A DNA stretch of 64,000 nucleotides from Cenarchaeum sp. (GTDB taxonomy: Archaea; Thermoproteota; Nitrososphaeria; Nitrososphaerales; Nitrosopumilaceae). Position 1 is the stretch's first letter, and each line of letters opens with the position of its first letter. The stretch spans positions 128,001 through 192,000 of the forward strand of contig OZ243037.1 in NCBI GenBank assembly GCA_965212015.1, in the 5' to 3' direction. The notes under the pieces were generated by a model. That model was given only the letters and a program-made list of their open reading frames with translations. It was not told where the DNA came from and did no database searches. Below, in pieces: positions 9,567 to 19,235 of this stretch. The translations under genes were made by a program, and so were the position numbers.

Positions 9567-11234
9567 ATGAGGGACAAGGCGATAATTACCAGCGCGCTTC
9601 CGTACGCCAACGGCGAGATACACCTGGGCCACGTGGCATCGACGTACCTGCCGGCGGACATTACCACGCGCTTTCTGAGGCAAAAGGGCGTAGAGGCGTA
9701 CTATTTGTGCGCGTCTGACGACTATGGGACGCCGATTCTCATCCAGTCCGAAAAAGAGGGCGTGACGCCGGCGGACTATGTGGCGCGCTGGAACCGGCGC
9801 GATCTCGAGGACTTTGCGGCACTTGACATTGATTTTGACTTTTTTTACAAGACAAGCTCCGAGGAGAATGTGGCGTTTGTCCGGCGCGTCTTTGGGGTGC
9901 TGCATGATGCAGGGCACATTTACGAGTCGGAGATAGTCCAGTTCTACTGTGAGGCCGACAAAAAATTCCTGCCTGACAGGTACGTGAGGGGGACGTGCGC
10001 GTACTGCGGTGCAAAAGACCAGTACTCTGATCTGTGCGAAAAGTGCGGCAGGATACCCGAGGAGATTGGCGACCCCAAGTGCGCCATCTGCGGCCAGACG
10101 CCGGTAAAGAAAAAATCAAGCCACTATTTTTTCCGCCTGAGGAATTTTTCTGAAAAACTTGCCGAATGGCTGGAGGGCAACGGCAATCTGCAGGCGGACG
10201 TGAAAAAATACGTGCAGAACTGGATAAAGGCGGGCCTGGTGGACTGGGACATTACCCGCGACATTCCGTGGGGCGTGCCGATTCCGCTTGATGAGGCGCG
10301 CAAAAAGGTGTTCTATGGGTGGTTTGACAACCACCTTGCGTACATTTCGACTGCCACAAAGTTTCTCGAGGGAAAGGGGATTGACGCAAAAAAATTCTGG
10401 AATTCTGCGGACATTTACCACTTTATCGGCAAGGACATCGTGTACCACCACTATCTGTTCCTGCCTGCGATGCGCATGGGGCTCTTAGAGTACAATCTTC
10501 CAGAGTACAAGCTTCCGGACTATATGCCGACCCGCGGGCACCTAACACTACAGCACAAAAAGATCTCAAAGAGCAGGAACTGGTATATCGGCCTGCGGGA
10601 GTTCCTAGATGTCTATCCGGCCGACTATCTCAGGTTCTATCTCACGTCGATAAACCCGTATTCGCAGGATGATCTCAACTTTGACTGGGACGACTTTGCG
10701 GCAAGGATAAACTCTGAGCTCATAGGGAACATGGGCAACTTTGTCAACCGCGCGCTGGGATTTGCGGCAAAGAACTTTCAGGGGGCGGTTCCGGAGCCAG
10801 ACGGGGTGGAGGAGGCCGACAAAAGGGCAGAGCAGCAGATCGCCACGCTATCCGAGCAGGTCGGCGTCCTGATGGGACAGAACCACCTTGACAGGTCGCT
10901 CAAGAAAATCCTAGAGTTTACCGCCGGCTTTAACCAGTACTTTCAGCACAAGGAGCCCTGGAAGAACAATGCGGGAACAGGTACGTGCGTGTATCTGGCG
11001 GTAAATGCAGTAAGGAGCATGTCGATAGCCCTCTGGGCGTTTCTGCCAGAGTCGTCTGCCAGAATATGGCAGCAGCTCGGCCTTGAGGGCGACGTCTCCG
11101 GGCAGAGCTGGGACTCAATGTCTGCAGTGTCCATCATGCCCGGCCACAAGCTGGGCACCCCCTCGCCGCTGTTTGCCAGGGTGGAGGATGCCGACATACG
11201 GAGGCACAAGGAAAGGCTCGGGCGGAACAGTTGA
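9567..11234 (+). CDS. metG: methionine--tRNA ligase
   Basis: Motifs ALPYANGEIHLGH, zinc knuckles, GKDI and KISKS. Confidence 0.97.
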   Translation: MRDKAIITSALPYANGEIHLGHVASTYLPADITTRFLRQKGVEAYYLCASDDYGTPILIQSEKEGVTPADYVARWNRRDLEDFAALDIDFDFFYKTSSEENVAFVRRVFGVLHDAGHIYESEIVQFYCEADKKFLPDRYVRGTCAYCGAKDQYSDLCEKCGRIPEEIGDPKCAICGQTPVKKKSSHYFFRLRNFSEKLAEWLEGNGNLQADVKKYVQNWIKAGLVDWDITRDIPWGVPIPLDEARKKVFYGWFDNHLAYISTATKFLEGKGIDAKKFWNSADIYHFIGKDIVYHHYLFLPAMRMGLLEYNLPEYKLPDYMPTRGHLTLQHKKISKSRNWYIGLREFLDVYPADYLRFYLTSINPYSQDDLNFDWDDFAARINSELIGNMGNFVNRALGFAAKNFQGAVPEPDGVEEADKRAEQQIATLSEQVGVLMGQNHLDRSLKKILEFTAGFNQYFQHKEPWKNNAGTGTCVYLAVNAVRSMSIALWAFLPESSARIWQQLGLEGDVSGQSWDSMSAVSIMPGHKLGTPSPLFARVEDADIRRHKERLGRNS

Positions 11235-11959
11235 GGCCGATTCCCAGGGTCACGACGCGCGGATACTATGACGTGGCCAGCGGCAGGACGATAAAAAAAT
11301 CGCCCTACTATCTGTACCCGCGCGGCTCCTTTGAGGGGCTGTACGGGAAAAAGGAGATGGTGGTGATGGTCCACGGCATGCGCAACGACAGGGCGGGGGC
11401 GGCAACAAAGTTTGCGATTGCAAAAAGGCGCCTGTCTGCCATCGGGTACTGCCATCCCGTGATAGGGTACAGCTATGACTCTAATGTGGGATACCGCATG
11501 ACAGAACCGCAGGCGCTCCGGGTGGGCGTAATGATTGCAAAGAAAAACGGGGGAAACCTGGCGCAATTTCTCGTCGATTTTGGCAGAAAATCCCCAAATA
11601 CAAAGCTGCGGCTGATGGGACACTCGCTTGGCTCGCAGGTCATCCTGAGTGCAGTCCGGCAGCTTGCCCGATCCCCGAAAAACAGGGGCCTTGTCTCCAG
11701 CATACACCTGTTTGGCGCCTCGATTACCGCAGACGCCCCGGCAAGCGACTTGTTGCAAAAAATAGTGGGCCAAAGGGTGGTAAACTATTATGCGCCTACT
11801 GACGAGGTCCTCGGCGTGGCAGGCGGCAGGGGTGCGCGGCGCCCGCTGGGGCTCTGCGGTGCGGCGGGAAGGACAATCCCAAAGTACGTGCAAAGGCGCG
11901 TCCGGCCAAAGAACCACCGCTTTAAGAGCTATGCTGCCGTACTGACATCATTCCCATAG
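11231..11959 (+). CDS. alpha/beta hydrolase (DUF726/DUF900-like)
   Basis: VHG oxyanion motif, GHSLG nucleophile elbow, and D and H near the C-terminus. Confidence 0.75.
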   Translation: MRPIPRVTTRGYYDVASGRTIKKSPYYLYPRGSFEGLYGKKEMVVMVHGMRNDRAGAATKFAIAKRRLSAIGYCHPVIGYSYDSNVGYRMTEPQALRVGVMIAKKNGGNLAQFLVDFGRKSPNTKLRLMGHSLGSQVILSAVRQLARSPKNRGLVSSIHLFGASITADAPASDLLQKIVGQRVVNYYAPTDEVLGVAGGRGARRPLGLCGAAGRTIPKYVQRRVRPKNHRFKSYAAVLTSFP

Positions 11960-11973
11960 GGGCTCTGCACGAG

Positions 11974-12807
11974 TCATATTGCCGCATGGCACACCTCTAT
12001 CCATCCGCAGTCTATGGTCCTGAAATGCACGTTTTTTCCGGTCCTGTTTTTTTCCATGTCCCTTAGCGTGTATGTTTCTAGAATATTCCCGCCAATCGCA
12101 TCAAGGTGTGACCGTATCGCACCAGAGCTGTATCTGCTGAATCGGATGCGTTCGGGCAGGATGTCGTTTATCATGGCATATATTTTTCTTGGTATGTATT
12201 CCACGTCACTTGCAATGTCCTTTTCGGGCACTAGATACTCCAATAGCAGGCGGTTTTTTTGATCCCCCGTCCTGAACTGTGATATCAGGCCAAAGAGGTT
12301 CTCTACAGGCAGATAGTATGATATGCCCTCGAATATGAGAATCGACGGCCTTTGCATGTCAAAGCCGCATCCTGTCATCTGGGCAACCGTGTTCTCTGGC
12401 TTTTTTATGTCCGCAGTTATGAGGCGAATCCTCTTGCAGATGCCGGGATTAACCCTCTCAAACAGCGTTTTTTTGTATTCCATGTGTGATATGTCAATCT
12501 CGAACACATCCGTGTCTTTTCCCCGGGACGCTATCTCTAGTGAAAGCGCATCAAGGCCGCTGCTGAAAATTACCACCTGCGGCGATTTTTTTGCCGCAAT
12601 GGCGCGCAGCGTCAGATCGAGTATGATTTTTTTCCTGTTCTGGATTACTGCGTCATAGTGGGGCCAGATCCCGTTGCATTTGGAGAGTAGCTTTTTGCCC
12701 GGATCCAGATTCAGCGCGCCTAGGTATTTCTGCGAGTACGGGCTGGTGTGGACCGTGTTTTGCGAGAGCAGCAGCACGAGGGCCGCAGTGTCGTCCATGC
12801 CGTTCAT
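11974..12807 (-). CDS. class I SAM-dependent methyltransferase (leucine carboxyl methyltransferase-like)
   Basis: Motifs QVVIFSSGLD, FEID, ITADI and IFEGISYYL. Confidence 0.8.
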   Translation of the reverse strand: MNGMDDTAALVLLLSQNTVHTSPYSQKYLGALNLDPGKKLLSKCNGIWPHYDAVIQNRKKIILDLTLRAIAAKKSPQVVIFSSGLDALSLEIASRGKDTDVFEIDISHMEYKKTLFERVNPGICKRIRLITADIKKPENTVAQMTGCGFDMQRPSILIFEGISYYLPVENLFGLISQFRTGDQKNRLLLEYLVPEKDIASDVEYIPRKIYAMINDILPERIRFSRYSSGAIRSHLDAIGGNILETYTLRDMEKNRTGKNVHFRTIDCGWIEVCHAAI

Positions 12808-12924
12808 CTGTGATCCTTTGCGCGTAATTTATTTAGTTTTTTGGATCGCATCTGCCGTTCCAAGTCCGGGGTGAAAAGGTGTATTTTCATCCCGGGGTGT
12901 GGCAGGGGTGCCGACCTACTGGAC

Positions 12925-13398
12925 TTAAACTCCGGCGCCCTTTTCGTTTCTGCACATCTTGAAATCCAGCATGCCGAACCACTCGCATTCCTCAAAAAAC
13001 AGCCTTGTTATGTCCAGCGTGTATTTCGTGTCTGATGCGGCCTGCCAATAGTAACCGTCCCACTCGTCCCTGGTAAATACGGGGACAGTCACGTCCCATT
13101 TGTCCTCCTCTACCCGCTTAAAGTCTATGGCGTCCTTGTTTCTTCCGTTGCTAAACCCGATTCTCTCCCCGTGCTCCCAGAGCAGTCTTTCGGTCTCGTG
13201 CAACGCCTTGAGAAGATCTATCGGAGTGAGCGCAAGGCTGGGGATTCTTTCGAATTTGCCGTACTTCCAATAGGTGATCTCTTGATACTTTGCATCCGCC
13301 CTTTGCAGTATCTCCTGGTAATAGTCCTCGTTGGGGTGCAACATTGAAGTTGTAAGGGATCTTTCGGCGGTCCCGTGCAATGCCTGTGCCGGATTCAT
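12925..13398 (-). CDS. hypothetical protein
   Basis: 157-aa aromatic/acidic ORF with no recognised motif and a TATA-like TTAATAT upstream. Confidence 0.6.
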   Translation of the reverse strand: MNPAQALHGTAERSLTTSMLHPNEDYYQEILQRADAKYQEITYWKYGKFERIPSLALTPIDLLKALHETERLLWEHGERIGFSNGRNKDAIDFKRVEEDKWDVTVPVFTRDEWDGYYWQAASDTKYTLDITRLFFEECEWFGMLDFKMCRNEKGAGV

Positions 13399-13620
13399 GG
13401 TTTGACGGTGGCGTCTGATTCATATTAAGATTCCAGTACCGGCAATAATTCCCGACTGCAATACAAAGCACGGAAAATACCGCATTGTGTGCGCCGCCGC
13501 GGCATGATGCACGGGCATGCTAGCCCTACGGGGCTGACTCTGGGCTCTTGTTCCTCGGCATTGAAAAACCCCGCGCGACCCGGTGCAGACTATAAATTAA
13601 ATGGCAAAAACATCCCATGC

Positions 13621-14544
13621 ATGCAGTCGGTAAACTTTGTGGTGCTCGGCGAGCAGTCAATTGCAGGCGGTTTTGGAAAAAAGGGCACATCCACCGACCT
13701 GACACTGTACGACAAAAAAGAGTCCGGCGTGATTCGGACGTGGGTCGCGCCAAGCGGGTTTCCAGAAAAGATACAGCCCCTTTTCCAGGCCATAAACCTG
13801 GCAGAGTATGCCATCCTGTACGTGGACAGCCTGGACAGGTTTGCAGGCGAGCAGATTGTGGCCCTTGACGTCCTGGCAAAGCGCGGGGGCATACTGTGCC
13901 ATTCGTACGAGGTCGATCCGGACAAGCTGCACTCCATGATAAGGGGGACCGTAATAGAGGGGTACAAAAAAACCCAGACAGAGCACATCAAAAAAGAGAT
14001 TGACGGGTTTGAATCCGCATCCGTGCCGGGCAAGACCAGAATAGTAATTGATCACTGCTTTGATGTAAAGGGGGCAGGCACGGTGGTCCTGGGCAAGGTG
14101 GCATCCGGCACCATAAGGCAGTACGACGAGCTGACGCTCATGCCGTCGGGACTGCCTGCCACGGTAAAGTCGATTCAGATGCATGACAATCCGGTAGACG
14201 AGGCGGCATCGCCTGCGCGCGTCGGCCTGTCGCTAAAGGGCGTCCGGCCAGACGAAATCAGCCGCGGCGACGTGCTGTGCGAGGAGGCCGCCACAGTGAG
14301 CTCAACAATCGAGCTGGACTTTGAGAAAAGCCCGTTTTACAGGGGCGGTTTTGCACAAAACCAAATGTGCCTGGTCAGCATCGGCCTGCAAGTCAAGGCG
14401 GCCAGGTTTGACTCTGTCGATCCCGTGATTCTGGCGCTGGACAAGCCGGCCGTGTGCGACAGCTCCGACATTGCCGTAATACTAAAGCCCGAGTCTGACA
14501 CGATCAGGATACTGGGAAGCGGGACAATCAGGCAGATCCGATAG
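13621..14544 (+). CDS. SelB-like/EF-Tu-like translation factor (aSelBL) with a degenerate G domain
   Basis: EF-Tu domain II motifs IDHCFDVKGAGTVVLG, VKSIQMHD and RVGL...RGDV. The N-terminus is GKKGTSTD with no intact P-loop. Confidence 0.8.
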   Translation: MQSVNFVVLGEQSIAGGFGKKGTSTDLTLYDKKESGVIRTWVAPSGFPEKIQPLFQAINLAEYAILYVDSLDRFAGEQIVALDVLAKRGGILCHSYEVDPDKLHSMIRGTVIEGYKKTQTEHIKKEIDGFESASVPGKTRIVIDHCFDVKGAGTVVLGKVASGTIRQYDELTLMPSGLPATVKSIQMHDNPVDEAASPARVGLSLKGVRPDEISRGDVLCEEAATVSSTIELDFEKSPFYRGGFAQNQMCLVSIGLQVKAARFDSVDPVILALDKPAVCDSSDIAVILKPESDTIRILGSGTIRQIR

Positions 14545-14573
14545 TGTTTAATTAAACCAAGACAACTCGTGGC

Positions 14574-15104
14574 ATGCGGGTATTGACGCTGGGGCGCTTT
14601 CAGCCGTTTCATCTGGGACACCTCCACCTGATAAAACAGGTGCTCTCCGAGTACGACGAGGTAATCATTGCGATAACCAGCTCGCAGTTCAACTATATAG
14701 AAAAGGATCCATTTACCGCCGGCGAGCGGATACAGATGATACGCCAGAGCCTGAGGGACGAGAAAATCGATCTTGCACGGTGCATCATAATCCCGATTGA
14801 AAACCAGCCAAACATATCCACGTGGGCGTCGTATCTCAAGTCCATGCTGCCAAAGTTCGACGCGGTGATAAGCGGCAACAAGTATGTCACGATGCTGCTG
14901 GGCGATTCCGGAATCAAGGTAATCGAGCCGGAGTTTCTTGACCGTAACAAATTCAACGCATCCAAGATACGCCACATGATGGTCCAGGACAACTCTTGGG
15001 AGGGATTTGTGCCAAAGGCAGTGGCAGACATGGTGGAACAGACAGGCGGCATTGCAAGGCTAAAGACGATATCTGACTCTGATACAAACCCAGTCGAGCA
15101 CTAA
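14574..15104 (+). CDS. nadM: nicotinamide-nucleotide adenylyltransferase
   Basis: Motifs GRFQPFHLGH, PFTAGER and ASKIR. Confidence 0.92.
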   Translation: MRVLTLGRFQPFHLGHLHLIKQVLSEYDEVIIAITSSQFNYIEKDPFTAGERIQMIRQSLRDEKIDLARCIIIPIENQPNISTWASYLKSMLPKFDAVISGNKYVTMLLGDSGIKVIEPEFLDRNKFNASKIRHMMVQDNSWEGFVPKAVADMVEQTGGIARLKTISDSDTNPVEH

Positions 15105-15226
15105 TGGGTGCCCACAAGGCGTGTCCGGTGTGCCCCCGGTGCGGATCAAAAAAATTCAGGAGGCTTGCCGCAAAAGGGCGCGTCCGGGTAGAGTGCATCT
15201 TGTGCAAAAAAATCATAGACATGTAA
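15104..15226 (+). CDS. 40-aa CPxCG-type zinc-finger microprotein
   Basis: Manual translation MGAHKACPVCPRCGSKKFRRLAAKGRVRVECILCKKIIDM*. The ATG overlaps the nadM stop (TAATG). Confidence 0.65.
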   Translation: MGAHKACPVCPRCGSKKFRRLAAKGRVRVECILCKKIIDM

Positions 15227-15500
15227 TCCTAGAGTCGCGGTCCTGTGTATGGGGGATCAGGCAGCTGCCTGCAAGGGATGGCGGCGATTCTGGCCCGTGC
15301 ATGGGTGCGGGGCCGGTGCGCAGCAGGCAGAACACCGAATCGCGGTTTTATCCGCTCATGCCGGCCTACAGCCGGTGGGTGCCAAAGCGCCGCACGCGCG
15401 CAGGTTTTGTGATAATTTTTCCAGATAAAACGCGTGAGGGCGTCCTGCGGCAGGCGTCGCAATGTATACGCTTAATTTGCATTCTGTAATAGGCGAGCTT

Positions 15501-15588
15501 GCGGGAGTTGCCAAGCCTGGTCAAAGGCGCAGGGCTTAGGACCCTGTCTCTTAGGGGTTCGTGGGTTCGAATCCCACCTCCCGCACCA
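15501..15588 (+). tRNA. tRNA-Leu (TAG), CCA encoded
   Basis: GCGGGAG/CTCCCGC acceptor stem, CAGGG-CTTAGGA-CCCTG anticodon arm, long variable arm and GTTCGAATC T-loop. Confidence 0.97.
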
Positions 15589-15710
15589 GCCGGCGGCGCA
15601 TTTTGGGCGGCGGCAAAAGGCACGGTGCAGGCGATTGCCTGCGGGCCCAAGGCACGCCCCAGACCCGCCCGTCTTGAATGGTTAATAAGCAATTATCCGG
15701 GGAATACCAC

Positions 15711-16553
15711 ATGCAAAAAACCACGGTGGGCGTGACGGTAGTGGGAAGGGACCGGGAGGGAATAGTCGCCGAGTTTACGGACTTTGTATTCAAGCAGAAC
15801 GGGAACATCCAAAAGATAGACCAGAACGTCATCAAGGGGCTGTTTGGAATGTATCTAGAGATTACGTTTTCCAAGAAAATCAACTTTGAGGAATTCGCAG
15901 GACGGATTCAGGACGTGGCAAAGGGGCAGGGAATGGAGGCCAGCGTGCATTACGATGCCGGCACGCAAAAAAACATTGCAGTCTTTGTCACAAAGGAGCC
16001 GCACTGTTTGGAGGCGATTCTCGATGCGCGAAAGGGACTCGGCGGGAACATATCTGTAATTGTCGGCACGGAAAAAACCCTGGCAGGCATGGCAAAAAAG
16101 GCAGGCATCCCGTTTGTGAGCGTCGAGGAGCGGCTGCAGACCAGGGCCGAAGACCGGCTCATCTCTATTTGCAAAAAATACGCAATCGACCTGATAGTGC
16201 TTGCCAGGTACATGCGCATACTAAACCCGAACTTTGTCTGGCGGTATCCTCACAGGATAATCAACATACACCCGTCGCTGCTTCCGGCGTTTCCCGGCGC
16301 GCTTGCATACGACCAGGCCTTTGAGAGGGGGACAAAGATAGTTGGCGTCACATCACACTATGTGACCGAAAGCCTGGACCAGGGCCCGATAATCCTGCAG
16401 GCCTCCTTCGGCGTTGATCCAAACGACAGCTTGGAGAAAATCAAGGCAAAGGGCCAAAAGCTGGAGGCCAAGACGCTGCTTCAGGCAGTAGGGATGCACC
16501 TGGACGGAAAGCTGGACGTGCGGTGGAGAAAGGTGCACATAAAGTCGAGGTGA
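15711..16553 (+). CDS. purU: formyltetrahydrofolate deformylase
   Basis: N-terminal ACT domain plus LARYMRIL, INIHPSLLPAFPG and LDQGPII. Confidence 0.92.
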   Translation: MQKTTVGVTVVGRDREGIVAEFTDFVFKQNGNIQKIDQNVIKGLFGMYLEITFSKKINFEEFAGRIQDVAKGQGMEASVHYDAGTQKNIAVFVTKEPHCLEAILDARKGLGGNISVIVGTEKTLAGMAKKAGIPFVSVEERLQTRAEDRLISICKKYAIDLIVLARYMRILNPNFVWRYPHRIINIHPSLLPAFPGALAYDQAFERGTKIVGVTSHYVTESLDQGPIILQASFGVDPNDSLEKIKAKGQKLEAKTLLQAVGMHLDGKLDVRWRKVHIKSR

Positions 16554-16562
16554 TGGCCGGCG

Positions 16563-17273
16563 GTGCTTTTGCAAGACGCAACCGATCCGGAGCTGAGGCG
16601 CATGATCCGCAGGAAAAACCAGGCCGCGGTAATTCCGGTGGGCGCAATCGAGCAGCACGGGCCGCACCTTCCGGTCTCTGTGGATTCTGACATTGTCACC
16701 GAGGTGGCGCGCCGGATATGCAACGAGGGAAAATTCCTCCTGCTGCCAACGCTGTCATACGGCGTCTCTTTTGAGCACGCGCCATTCTTTAATCTGAGCC
16801 TGCAAAAAAGCTCGCTGAGGCGGGTGCTTGCGGACATTATAGACTCGCTTGCGTCAAACAAGATAGGGACCGTCTTTGTCATAAACGGCCACCACGGCAA
16901 CCAGGAATCCCTGAGGGCCATCAAGAGCAAAAAGGCAAGGGTGCACGTCCTGTCCTACTGGCACTATATGCAGGACCCCTTTGATCACGCGGGCCTTGTA
17001 GAGACCTCGCTGATGCTGGCCATATCAAAAAACGTCAAAATGTCCCGGGCCAGGAGGGGCTTTGTGGAGCCGATCATGAGCCGGGCCCAAAGGGCCAGGC
17101 TCTCAAAAAGGGCCTCCAAATCCTTCGTCTCTGTGGCCAAAAACGGGATCTGGGGCGATCCGAGGGGTGCCAGCGCCAAAAAAGGCCGCCAGCTTTTGGC
17201 CGAGATCGCCCAAAATATGGGAAAAAAGTGTCAAACTTGCCTTACTGGGAATGGGCCAAAGTTACACCAATGA
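16563..17273 (+). CDS. creatininase/creatinine amidohydrolase family protein (possibly ArfB-like)
   Basis: Motifs PVGAIEQHGPHLP..D, NGHHGN and DHAGLVETS. Confidence 0.85.
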   Translation: MLLQDATDPELRRMIRRKNQAAVIPVGAIEQHGPHLPVSVDSDIVTEVARRICNEGKFLLLPTLSYGVSFEHAPFFNLSLQKSSLRRVLADIIDSLASNKIGTVFVINGHHGNQESLRAIKSKKARVHVLSYWHYMQDPFDHAGLVETSLMLAISKNVKMSRARRGFVEPIMSRAQRARLSKRASKSFVSVAKNGIWGDPRGASAKKGRQLLAEIAQNMGKKCQTCLTGNGPKLHQ

Positions 17274-17318
17274 AATTTTAATATACTCCATCGTTATCCT
17301 TGCCAATAAGTGAAATAA

Positions 17319-17549
17319 ATGTCCGTGGATATGGCAGTAAAAGTACTCGACGAAAGCATCAACAAGGTAGTCTTGATAAAGCTCAAGGGCGACAAGGCGA
17401 TACGGGGTAACTTGCTTGGATTCGATCAGCACATGAACCTGCTACTCGACTCGTCAGAAGAGATCCCTTCTGAGGGCGATTCTAAAATCTTGGGAACCAT
17501 AGTTGTCAGGGGAGATAACGTAGTAATGATCTCACCCCCTCCGGCATAG
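17319..17549 (+). CDS. Sm-like archaeal protein (LSm/SmAP)
   Basis: Sm1 motif [12 protein letters not shown] and Sm2 motif VRGDNV. It lies upstream of L37e, the conserved archaeal arrangement. Confidence 0.93.
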   Translation: MSVDMAVKVLDESINKVVLIKLKGDKAIRGNLLGFDQHMNLLLDSSEEIPSEGDSKILGTIVVRGDNVVMISPPPA

Positions 17550-17559
17550 GTGAGCTGGT

Positions 17560-17727
17560 TTGGTAAAGGGCACCACCTCGATGGGCGGTTTTACGAAAAA
17601 ATCAGTCCACATACGATGCAGGCGGTGCGGAAAAAACTCGTACCACAAGCGCCACCACCGGTGTGCCAGCTGCGGGTTTCCCGAGGCGAAACTCAGAAAA
17701 TATTCCTGGATCAAATGGTATACCTAA
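17560..17727 (+). CDS. rpl37e: 50S ribosomal protein L37e
   Basis: Not in the track. A TTG start gives [57 protein letters not shown]-like GGTGA upstream. Confidence 0.93.
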   Translation: MVKGTTSMGGFTKKSVHIRCRRCGKNSYHKRHHRCASCGFPEAKLRKYSWIKWYT

Positions 17728-18510
17728 ATGCAAGAATTAGTTTTGATTTTGACGGGAATTGCAGGAGCCGCGTCAGCCGTGGCCTACAAGAGGTTTCCAA
17801 GGCACGGGCGGCCGGTCCTGGGTGCAAGCCACAGTATTAAAAACAAGATTCACACGCTGAGGATTGAAAAGGACATACTGACAAAGACCATCTCGAGGCT
17901 GTACCAGCGCGATGCGGGAATCTCGCAGGTGCAAAAGGACAGGCTGCTCTCAAGGTACCAGCACCAGCTGGGAATCGTCCTTGCGCGAATTGAAAAACTG
18001 CAAGAGGCAGAAAGGCATCCGGACCTGGGCCCCGTAGGCGACGGACTGCTGACGCTGATGGACCAAAAGCTCTCCACGCTGGACCAAAGGCTGTACGAGC
18101 TGTCCTCAAAGATTGCAATCGCCAACGCCGGCCGTCCCGTAATGGCAGAGCCAAAAAAACAGATCAAAAGGCCCGAGCTAAAAAGCGAAAAACCGCCCAT
18201 ACAAGAAAAGCAGGAGCTTCTTCCCGCATCAAAGGGCGCAATGGAGATTACCACGCTGACCCGCATATATGGCGGGCCTGCCAGGCCGGCAGCAAGGGTG
18301 CCGGCAAGCCCTGTGATCGTCCCGGCTGCGGCGCCTGTCACCGTGCCGGCAGAATCCCCGGTGCAACCAAGCCCGCAGGTGCCAGAATCCAGCCCGCAGG
18401 CAGAGCATTCCGCGCCCGAACAATCGCCTGATGACGAGGCGGATTTGGCCAGAATAAAAGAGGAGATCATAAAGACGCTGGCCAAGATTGAGCAAGCAGA
18501 GGTGGAATAG
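17728..18510 (+). CDS. membrane-anchored coiled-coil hypothetical protein
   Basis: N-terminal hydrophobic segment, coiled coil, Pro/Ala-rich linker and C-terminal LAKIEQAEVE. Confidence 0.7.
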   Translation: MQELVLILTGIAGAASAVAYKRFPRHGRPVLGASHSIKNKIHTLRIEKDILTKTISRLYQRDAGISQVQKDRLLSRYQHQLGIVLARIEKLQEAERHPDLGPVGDGLLTLMDQKLSTLDQRLYELSSKIAIANAGRPVMAEPKKQIKRPELKSEKPPIQEKQELLPASKGAMEITTLTRIYGGPARPAARVPASPVIVPAAAPVTVPAESPVQPSPQVPESSPQAEHSAPEQSPDDEADLARIKEEIIKTLAKIEQAEVE

Positions 18511-19187
18511 TGTCATTTGATGGTGCCATCAAGGCATTGTCGACTGACGCGCTGAGATTTGTAAAGGACGGACAGGTGCTGGGGCTCGGAAGCGGCAGGG
18601 CGGCAACTGCGTTTGTAAGGTCGCTCTCAAGGCATATCCTCGACAGAAACATTGCGATTCGGGCGGTGCCGACCTCGCTGCAGATAAAGCTGGTGGCACA
18701 GCAGGGCGGCATCCCGCTAGTCGAGGCCGACCAGGCAGAAAGGATCGACATTGTATTTGACGGCGCAGATCAAATCGACTCGCAAAAAAACATGATCAAG
18801 GGGGGAGGCGGGGCGCTGCTACAAGAGAACATACTGATCAGCGCTGCCAAAAAGGTGGTAATCATGGCAGACGACTCAAAGTTTGCAAAAAACCTCGACA
18901 TGCCCGTCCCCGTCGAGGTGCATCCGTCGGCGCGCACCACCGCGGCCGGACTAGTCGCAAAGCTTGGCGGCAGGCCGCGACTGCGCCTGCTGGATCGCGG
19001 ATATCCGTTTGTGACAGAAAACGGCGGCGTGATTCTAGAGTGCGACTTTGGCGTAATCGAAAATCCCAGACTGCTGCGCCAGAAACTAGTCGGGCTGGCA
19101 GGTGTCCTGGAGGCCGGGATTTTTACCCGCAAGCCTGATGTTATTTACAGGGCAAGGGCCGGCGGCAAGTTTGACGTGTCAGGCTAG
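18510..19187 (+). CDS. rpiA: ribose-5-phosphate isomerase A
   Basis: Motifs GLGSG, VPTS, DGAD and IKGGGGAL. Confidence 0.93.
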   Translation: MSFDGAIKALSTDALRFVKDGQVLGLGSGRAATAFVRSLSRHILDRNIAIRAVPTSLQIKLVAQQGGIPLVEADQAERIDIVFDGADQIDSQKNMIKGGGGALLQENILISAAKKVVIMADDSKFAKNLDMPVPVEVHPSARTTAAGLVAKLGGRPRLRLLDRGYPFVTENGGVILECDFGVIENPRLLRQKLVGLAGVLEAGIFTRKPDVIYRARAGGKFDVSG

Positions 19188-19217
19188 CCGTGCCGCAAGA
19201 CTGCAGGCGCCGCTGTT

Positions 19218-19233
19218 AAAAAAAAAGAAAAAA
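19218..19233 (-). terminator. oligo-T archaeal terminator after the plastocyanin gene
   Basis: T6-C-T9 run on the minus strand immediately after the stop codon at 19236. Confidence 0.55.
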
Positions 19234-19235
19234 GG

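Noticed and set aside
13381-13396. 15/16 match TGCCTGTGC(C/A)GGATTC with 54061-54076
   Set aside because: It is a single short match with one copy inside a CDS and no element structure around it, so it is probably chance.
13504-13537. C/D box sRNA candidate (ATGATG...CTGA)
   Set aside because: It is too short, has no C'/D' pair and has no identifiable guide target.
15345-15375. REP-like words (TTATCCG...CCGGCCTACA) forming a small hairpin
   Set aside because: It is a single copy with no family of repeats in the window and no associated transposase.
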